The translations under genes and the position numbers were made by a program. The notes under the pieces are model-generated. The model was not told the origin of the DNA. It was given only the letters and a program-made list of their open reading frames with translations, and searched no databases. DNA of 64,000 nt from Dehalococcoidia bacterium (lineage in GTDB: Bacteria > Chloroflexota > Dehalococcoidia > Lucifugimonadales > UBA3495): the NCBI GenBank assembly GCA_034423575.1, contig DAOUIF010000084.1, positions 2,040 to 66,039 on the forward strand, in the 5' to 3' direction. Below, one piece after another: positions 57,684 to 64,000 of this stretch. The number at the start of each line of letters is the position of its first letter. Position 1 is the first letter of the stretch.

Positions 57684-58460
57684 ATGGTCATGGCGCGGTT
57701 TGAGGACTACCAGAACCGGTTCCAGTTTGCCAAGTTCGAGCGGGAGGACAGCATCCTCCAGATGACGCTGCACAGTGACGGCGACACCCTGCAGTGGGGC
57801 GCCGGTCCGCACACCGAGCTGCCCGAGGTGTTTCATACCATCGGCACCGACCCGGAGAACAAAGTGATCATCATGACCGGCGCCGGCGACGGGTTCACCG
57901 GTCCGGCCGGCAGCAGCGACACCGTGCCGCGGCGCACGCCGGAGCAGTGGGACGCCACCTACTGGGAAGGAAAGCACCTGCTGGGCAACCTGCTCAACAT
58001 CGAGGTGCCGATCATCGCGGCCATCAACGGGCCGGCATTGAGACATTCTGAATTGCCGTTGCTGAGCGACATCGTCCTGGCTGCGCCGCACACCACCTTC
58101 CAGGACTCCGGTCACTTCATGAGCGGACTGACCCCGGGTGACGGCATGCATATCATCTACCCACTGCTGCTGGGGATCAACCGGGGCCGCTATTTTCTGC
58201 TGACCGGCCAGATGCTGGACGCCGAAAAGGCGCGGGAGTTCGGGCTGGTCGCCGAGGTGCTGCCCACGGACGAACTGCTGCCCCGGGCCTGGGAATTGGC
58301 AAGACAACTGGCCCAGCAACCGCGGCTGGTCCTGCGCTATTCGCGGGTCCTGCTGACGCACCAGTTGAAAGGGGTACTGCACGACATATTGGGCTATGGC
58401 CTGGCGCTGGAGGGCCTGGGTTCGGCGCAGGACTACCTGGACCGGGGGCAAGGCCGCTGA
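57684..58460 (+). CDS. Crotonase-superfamily enzyme, 6-oxocamphor (beta-diketone) hydrolase-like
   Basis: IEVPIIAAINGP, FQDSGH, PGDGMH, NRGRYFLLTGQ and LLPRAWELA. Confidence 0.85.
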   Translation: MVMARFEDYQNRFQFAKFEREDSILQMTLHSDGDTLQWGAGPHTELPEVFHTIGTDPENKVIIMTGAGDGFTGPAGSSDTVPRRTPEQWDATYWEGKHLLGNLLNIEVPIIAAINGPALRHSELPLLSDIVLAAPHTTFQDSGHFMSGLTPGDGMHIIYPLLLGINRGRYFLLTGQMLDAEKAREFGLVAEVLPTDELLPRAWELARQLAQQPRLVLRYSRVLLTHQLKGVLHDILGYGLALEGLGSAQDYLDRGQGR

Positions 58461-59758
58461 TCCCGCGAGCTCAGGGTTGCATCAGCCTTGTGCGGAGGCA
58501 ACGCCGTGAGCATGAGCAAGGCCGTGCAAGCGTAGATGCCCAACAGGGTCCACCAGGCCAGCAGGTACGAGCCCGAATAGTCGTGCAAGTAGCCGACCAG
58601 CGGCGCGCCGAGACCGGCGGACAGCAGATTTATCGGCATCACGATGCCTCGTATGGTTCCCAGGAAGGCGCGGCCGTAATAGGCGGCGAAGATGTAGGTG
58701 TGCACGATCATGCCGACGCCCACCGAACAGCCGAATACGATAGTGGACAGGAACATCATCCCTACCGATGACACGTAAATCATCAGCACGATGGCGATGA
58801 TGAAACCGGAGAATGAGGCTGCGGCAAGGAACCGCGTCGGGATCCGGTCGGCCAGCCAGCCCGCCACCAGCGAGGTGGCGGCGGCTCCGCCGGCGTCGGC
58901 CGCGAACGACCAGGAAACCGTCAACGGGTCGTGACCCTTCTCGACAAAGTACGGGATCCGATGAAAGCTCGCGCCGCCCTGGGCTACGCCGGACAAGGCG
59001 AACACCGCGATCAGTTTCCACATGGTTCCGGTCCGAAAGGCTTCCCGCACCGTCCACATCACTTCCTGGTCGCCCTGCAGTACGGGTGACGCGTCCAAAC
59101 CCTGGTTGGCGGCGTCCGCCGGCAGGTCACCGTCCACCTGGAGACCCAGATCCTCGGGTTGGCGTCGCAGGAATAAAGCCGCCGCGGGCACGGATATCAC
59201 GAGGAAAAACAGCGCCAGGATCCGCCAGGTGCCTCGCCATCCGTAAGCATCGATGAGCCATTGGGTCACCGGCAGGAGCGCGATGCCTCCAATGCCCAGC
59301 CCCGCGCCAGCCAGGGCCAGTGCACGCCCCCGCCGGCGGACGAACCACTTGGCCACGGGAACCGAGGTCACGATGCCGTTGGGCGCGGCCAGACCGGACG
59401 CCCCTATGAGGCCGAAGAACAGGATCAGCTGCCACGCATGGCTGCTGAAGCTCACCACCATAAGACAGGCGAAGATCAGAAACGCCGACACCGGGATGTA
59501 AGCTCGCGGTCCGTAGCAGTCGATCAGCCAGCCCACGGCAAAACTGAAAACACCGGTGGCCAGCCGCCGCGTGGTCTGCATCCAGCCAAAGGTCGCGCGG
59601 GACAGCGCCAGGTCCCGCTGCATCGGCAGCACGAAGAGCCCGTAGTTCAGCGTGCCAGTCGCCATCGTCGAGAAGTTGATGGCGAACATGGCCGCAACGA
59701 TGACCCAACCGTAGAAGACCGTCCTCTGGCCGGGAACGTGTTCACCAGTGTGGTTCAT
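58433..59758 (-). CDS. MFS transporter (OFA/MCT-like)
   Basis: YGWVIV, GWLIDCYGPR, KWFVRRRGRAL and YYGRAFLGTIRG; 12 TM. Confidence 0.88.
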   Translation of the reverse strand: MNHTGEHVPGQRTVFYGWVIVAAMFAINFSTMATGTLNYGLFVLPMQRDLALSRATFGWMQTTRRLATGVFSFAVGWLIDCYGPRAYIPVSAFLIFACLMVVSFSSHAWQLILFFGLIGASGLAAPNGIVTSVPVAKWFVRRRGRALALAGAGLGIGGIALLPVTQWLIDAYGWRGTWRILALFFLVISVPAAALFLRRQPEDLGLQVDGDLPADAANQGLDASPVLQGDQEVMWTVREAFRTGTMWKLIAVFALSGVAQGGASFHRIPYFVEKGHDPLTVSWSFAADAGGAAATSLVAGWLADRIPTRFLAAASFSGFIIAIVLMIYVSSVGMMFLSTIVFGCSVGVGMIVHTYIFAAYYGRAFLGTIRGIVMPINLLSAGLGAPLVGYLHDYSGSYLLAWWTLLGIYACTALLMLTALPPHKADATLSSRDQRPCPRSR

Positions 59759-59819
59759 GTCAGAAACAAAATAGGGGCGAATGATCATTCGCCCCTACGT
59801 ACATTGGCAGCGCTGCCGC

Positions 59820-60656
59820 TCAGATGGCCTGCCAATAGCGTCGCCCCTGCAATCGCACGATCTTGCCAAACCCGGGGGCGGGGAGATGCACCGCCGCCAC
59901 GGGTATCCCCTCACTCTCGAGGCGGTCCAACACCGATTCCCGAGTGGCAACGGCCTGCTCCGGGATGATGTCGGCGCGGGACGCCCAGTGTGTCTGCTGG
60001 ATCTGCGACGTGTTGTGCAGCACGTCCCCCAGGACCAGGGCGCGCTCCCCGCCAGAGTTGATCATGATGCTCATGTGGCCCGGCGTGTGGCCAGGGGTGG
60101 GCATCGTGGTCAGCTCACCGGTGATGCTGAACTCGCCTTCCATCAGCTCCACCAGACCCATGTCGACCAGGGGCCAAACGCAATCGGGGGCGTTGGGGAA
60201 CCGGTCGGGCTGCAATGCCGGGTCGTGGCTGGCGTCGAGATCGACCTTGCTGAAGTAATACCGGGCGTTGGGGAAGGTCGGCTTTAGGTTGCCGCCGTCA
60301 TCGCGGACGGTGTTCCAGCCGACATGGTCCCGGTGCAGGTGGGTCATCACCACGGCGTCGATGTCGCCGGGGGCAAGACCGTTTCGGGACATGTCGTCCA
60401 GCAGTTCGCCCCAGGGCGTTTCGGGCGTGTCCTTGGCTCCCAGGCCGGTGTCGATGGCGATGTTCTTGCCCTCCGAGCGCACCAGGAAACAGGCGAGGTT
60501 GAAGCTCACCTTGCGGTCGGGTGTCAGATGGTCGTGGAAGGGTTCCCAGTCCGATGCTGGAATATCCGGAAAGAAGTTGCAGATGTCGAACTCCAGTAGT
60601 CCGTCCGACAGCGAGGCGATCTCCACGTTGCCAATAGTAATCTTGCTGGCAGCCAT
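59820..60656 (-). CDS. MBL-fold metallohydrolase (YtnP/AHL-lactonase-like)
   Basis: IDTG, THLHRDHVGWN, TPGHTPGH, LGDVLH and HLP. Confidence 0.9.
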   Translation of the reverse strand: MAASKITIGNVEIASLSDGLLEFDICNFFPDIPASDWEPFHDHLTPDRKVSFNLACFLVRSEGKNIAIDTGLGAKDTPETPWGELLDDMSRNGLAPGDIDAVVMTHLHRDHVGWNTVRDDGGNLKPTFPNARYYFSKVDLDASHDPALQPDRFPNAPDCVWPLVDMGLVELMEGEFSITGELTTMPTPGHTPGHMSIMINSGGERALVLGDVLHNTSQIQQTHWASRADIIPEQAVATRESVLDRLESEGIPVAAVHLPAPGFGKIVRLQGRRYWQAI

Positions 60657-60793
60657 AGTCCCTCCAGATGCCGTGAATTGGCGCATTCTACCACCGGCAG
60701 CGGGACCGACGCCGCGCTTAGCAGGCAACGCTGGAGGTTGCTGACACCCAGCGATAGACGCGCGCGACCAACGGGTGGTACACCTGACCCAGG

Positions 60794-62077
60794 TTGCCAT
60801 CGATGAACGTCAACGACCCGCACGATCCGCTACCGCCTATCACGGAAAAACAGCTGGCGCGCCTGTGGCAGCGACGGGCGTCGCGGAGCCGCGCCCTCCG
60901 AACCGAACGCGGAAACCGGATCAGAGTGCTCTATCCGGGACGCCCGGGAGTGACGGCCGGGCCTGATTTTCGGAATGCCCTGCTGCTGGTGGAAGACCAG
61001 GGCCTCGTGCAGGGCGACGTCGAAGTGCATTTGCGACAGCACGATTGGCGGTCCCACGGTCACCACGAAGACCCCAACTACAACGGCGTCGCTCTGCACG
61101 TCGCGCTGGAGACCACCGGCTCCCGTTCGGATACGGCCAGCGGCGGCAAACCCCCATTGGTTGGATTGCGCGGACTGCTGGATGATCCGCCGGCCGATGA
61201 AACGTCGGGCGAGGTGAGGGATCACCTCTGGCGGTTGCTGGAAGGGCACGGCTACCGGCGCCCCGACTCGGCGGAACGGATGGCCGCCTTGCTCAACCGG
61301 GCCGGCGACGAGCGGTTTCTCGCCAGGAGCCTCGTGCTGCAACAGCTGATGTCCGAGCAGCCGGCTGCCCAAACTCTGTGGGAATCGATCTGCGAGGCGC
61401 TGGGTTACCGGCACAACCAGCACGCGTTCCTGCAACTGGCGATGGTTGCCCCGATCGCGTCGCTGGAAGCGCTGGCGCGTAGGTCACCTGAAAGCGGGCG
61501 GATCGCCCTGCTGACCGCCACCCTGCTAGGACTGTCGGGATTTAGCGACCCGACGCGGCCGTCGTTTCCCGACAAAACCCATGAGCAACTGGGACCGGCG
61601 TTGGATGTCAACCAGTGGAAGCTGTTCAGGGTCCGTCCATCGAATCATCCCCGGCGCAGAATCGCAGGAGCCGCCGGGTTGCTGGCCCGATTCGCCGACC
61701 GGGGCCTGCTGGCGGCGATGGCGAACGCCGCCGCGCAATGCAATCCGTCCGCGCTGACGCGGGCTTTGAGCGTCGGCAGCGGCGGGGCGCATGAACCGGC
61801 ATTGATCGGGCCCGGCCGAGCGGGCGATATCGCCGTCAACGCGGTTCTGCCGTTCCTGCACGGGTGGACCGCCCTCAACGGTCAGGCAGAGAAATCCCGA
61901 GAAATGTTGGAACTGTACAGAAAGTACGGAAAACTCACCGAAAACGAAATCACCCGGGAACTGGCATCAGCATTGCAGCCAGCGGAATGGGGAAGAGTGG
62001 CCCGCACCGCCCGGCAGCAACAGGGGCTAATTCACCTGCAACGGTTGCTGGCCGGAGCGTCCAACGCGCGACGCTAA
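60794..62077 (+). CDS. DUF2851 family protein
   Basis: LYPG..AGPDF, GDVEVH, W.SHGH.EDPNY..V.LHV, RPSNHP.RRI and QQQGLIHL. Confidence 0.85.
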   Translation: MPSMNVNDPHDPLPPITEKQLARLWQRRASRSRALRTERGNRIRVLYPGRPGVTAGPDFRNALLLVEDQGLVQGDVEVHLRQHDWRSHGHHEDPNYNGVALHVALETTGSRSDTASGGKPPLVGLRGLLDDPPADETSGEVRDHLWRLLEGHGYRRPDSAERMAALLNRAGDERFLARSLVLQQLMSEQPAAQTLWESICEALGYRHNQHAFLQLAMVAPIASLEALARRSPESGRIALLTATLLGLSGFSDPTRPSFPDKTHEQLGPALDVNQWKLFRVRPSNHPRRRIAGAAGLLARFADRGLLAAMANAAAQCNPSALTRALSVGSGGAHEPALIGPGRAGDIAVNAVLPFLHGWTALNGQAEKSREMLELYRKYGKLTENEITRELASALQPAEWGRVARTARQQQGLIHLQRLLAGASNARR

Positions 62078-62135
62078 TGGGGGCGACTTTCCCGTCGCCC
62101 CCAAAGTTGTTGCTGCGGTTTCCGGTCGGCTCACG

Positions 62136-62468
62136 TCATTTCAGGGGCACTGCCAGGGACACCCGCGGTTCCTCGCCAACGTTGCGGATGATGTGCCCAT
62201 GACCGGTGAGGTCTTCGGCTACCAGCACATCGCCGGGGCCGAACTGGCGTTTCTCGCCGCCTGCCACCTCGATTTCCGCGCCGCCGGCCATGAATACGAC
62301 GTACTGGTGGCGGGGAGCAGTGTGATAATCCTGCCACCAGCCGGCGGGCCGTTGCCCCACCGTGATGTCGCCGGGGCCGACATCATTGGCGATGTCGGCA
62401 AACTGGTCGGCGGTCAGGTCTTCGAAATGGGATTCGCCGTCGTCGCCGGCGTAAATACGGACAATCAT
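62136..62468 (-). CDS. Small cupin-fold protein (paralogue 1)
   Basis: DDGESHF, YHTAPRHQYV and AEDLTGHGH. Confidence 0.8.
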   Translation of the reverse strand: MIVRIYAGDDGESHFEDLTADQFADIANDVGPGDITVGQRPAGWWQDYHTAPRHQYVVFMAGGAEIEVAGGEKRQFGPGDVLVAEDLTGHGHIIRNVGEEPRVSLAVPLK

Positions 62469-62493
62469 GGGTCAATTCCTCCCGGCTACCGGT

Positions 62494-62838
62494 CTAGCCC
62501 TCGGCGAGGGGAACAGCCAGGGAGACGCGGAAGTCGTCCCCGATACTGCGGGCGATGTGTCCGTGGCCGGTCAGGTCCTCGGCGACCAGAACGTCCCCCG
62601 GGAACATTCTCACCTTGGAGCCGTCGGCGGTTTCGAATTCGGCGATCCCGTTCAGATTGACCACGTACTGCCTTCTTGGGGCGTTATGGTAATCGGAGAA
62701 GCTGGGGGACTCCCGTCGATTGACGTTGATGTCACCAGGGCCGACGTTGTTGGCAATCTCGGCGAACTGGTCCGGCGTCAATTCTTCAAAGTGGCTTTCG
62801 CCGTCGTCGCCGGTGTAAACGCGCACTATCTGTCCCAT
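62494..62838 (-). CDS. Small cupin-fold protein (paralogue 2)
   Basis: DDGESHF, YHNAPRRQYV and AEDLTGHGH. Confidence 0.8.
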   Translation of the reverse strand: MGQIVRVYTGDDGESHFEELTPDQFAEIANNVGPGDINVNRRESPSFSDYHNAPRRQYVVNLNGIAEFETADGSKVRMFPGDVLVAEDLTGHGHIARSIGDDFRVSLAVPLAEG

Positions 62839-62878
62839 GAGGTTAGCCTCCTGTGTGTTGAGGTGAATGGTCAGTGGA

Positions 62879-63217
62879 TCAATTGGCCAGGGGGATCACG
62901 GCGGTGAGACTCGGAACGTCGCCGACGACGCGGGTGGTGTGGCCCTGTCCGGTGGTGTCTTCCACCAGCCGCGCATCCCCCGGGCCGTAACGGAACGTGG
63001 TGCCGTCGCCGAGGCCGATCTCGATCTCGCCGCGAAGGGAGATGATGTACTGCCGGCGCGGAGCCGGGTGCCAGTCGATGAAGTGTCCCGGCGGCCATTC
63101 CCGGAAGTTGATCGACTGCGCCGCCTGCGCATCGCCCAATTCCGGATGGTCGGCCAAGCTGGTCTCTTCGATATGCGACTGGCCGTCGTCGTCGGCGTAT
63201 AGTCGGTAGATCGCCAT
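62879..63217 (-). CDS. Small cupin-fold protein (paralogue 3)
   Basis: DDGQSHI, WHPAPRRQYI and VEDTTGQGH; start at ATG 63217. Confidence 0.8.
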   Translation of the reverse strand: MAIYRLYADDDGQSHIEETSLADHPELGDAQAAQSINFREWPPGHFIDWHPAPRRQYIISLRGEIEIGLGDGTTFRYGPGDARLVEDTTGQGHTTRVVGDVPSLTAVIPLAN

Positions 63218-63371
63218 GGGTTCACCTGCTGTAACGGGCGGGGAGCCCGAAGTGCGGTCATAGTACCCTGCGGCCGGCGTGGTAGCAACCTGCTTGTCAG
63301 TGCGTCCGGAGTCAATTACGCTGGAAAGAGCATGATACTGACGATGCAATAAACGGGATGGAGGACACGAT

Positions 63372-64000
63372 ATGTCTCAACCGATAGAGCAGACCCACGA
63401 ATACACCATGGGTTACAGTCCTGAGTTTCTGCAACTGCTGGACCGTCGCAACGCCGAGACCCACGCCTCTCACCTGCTGCCGCACCTCCGATCCGGTATG
63501 CGAGTGCTGGACTTCGGCTGCGGGCCGGGCACCATCACGGTGGGACTGGCGGCGACGGCGCATCCGGGGGAAGTCCACGGCATAGACATGGAGGAATCGC
63601 AGATAGAGTTGGCGCGCGCTGCCGCTGCCGCCGGCGAACATGACAATATCACGTTCCACGTGGGCAACGTGTATGAGTTGCCCTTTGAAGACAACTACTT
63701 CGACGCCGCGCACTGCCACGCGGTGCTGATGCACGTTCCCGACACCCAGGCGGCACTTCGAGAAGTAAAGCGGGCGCTCAAGCCGGGGGGCGTCATAGCG
63801 TGCCGGGAGGTGATTGTCGCATCGTCCTTTGTGGAGCCCAGCAGCGAGCATACGCCGGCGGCGTGGACAACCTTCGGCAAACTGCTAACCGCAAACGGCG
63901 GACACCCTCAGATGGGCCGGGAACTGAAGAACGCGCTGCTGGAAGCGGGGTTCGGCGATGTTCAGGCCGGCGCGTCCTTCGAGGTGTTCAGCGCTCCGGC
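63372..64000 (+). CDS. Class I SAM-dependent methyltransferase, runs off the 3' end of the window
   Basis: Read directly from the sequence (not in the ORF track): MSQPIEQTHEYTMGY...VLDFGCGPG...GIDM...LPFEDNYFD...LKPGG; ggagg RBS. Confidence 0.88.
   Translation, partial: MSQPIEQTHEYTMGYSPEFLQLLDRRNAETHASHLLPHLRSGMRVLDFGCGPGTITVGLAATAHPGEVHGIDMEESQIELARAAAAAGEHDNITFHVGNVYELPFEDNYFDAAHCHAVLMHVPDTQAALREVKRALKPGGVIACREVIVASSFVEPSSEHTPAAWTTFGKLLTANGGHPQMGRELKNALLEAGFGDVQAGASFEVFSAP

Overview
High-GC bacterial chromosome segment. The gene content (luciferase-like monooxygenase, two MmgE/PrpD paralogues, many amidohydrolases, DUF2851, lipoprotein-only iron uptake, no outer-membrane receptors) suggests Chloroflexota/Dehalococcoidia such as SAR202; this is inference. 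Three zones are visible. (1) 1-16342 is an accessory, defence-like island. It holds a ubiquitin-like conjugation operon (MBL hydrolase, E2-E1-JAB fusion, second MBL, patatin), an orphan PD-(D/E)XK-like nuclease, a GHKL/MORC-ATPase-histidine kinase fusion with a receiver protein, and a 5mC methyltransferase fused to a Mig-like T:G mismatch glycosylase. A ~190-bp non-coding element occurs as direct repeats at 6043-6232 and 16149-16342 (51 bp identical), with a third partial copy at 15587-15620; the last full copy sits at the apparent island edge. (2) ~20.3-39.2 kb is an iron-homeostasis region: bfd-bfr; a coupled operon of a flippase/phosphodiesterase/GT2 fusion, a tandem FEA1-like lipoprotein, an Fe(III) binding lipoprotein and a GT-C membrane protein; a divergent imelysin-diheme-imelysin operon; an HTTM protein; and a DtxR-family regulator. 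(3) 16.6-20.1 kb and 39.4-64 kb contain catabolic enzymes and transporters. No rRNA, tRNA, CRISPR array, integrase or transposase was found. Family assignments come from motifs read by eye and from recalled reference sequences; no database searches were run. Several starts were moved to the nearest plausible downstream start codon and are approximate.
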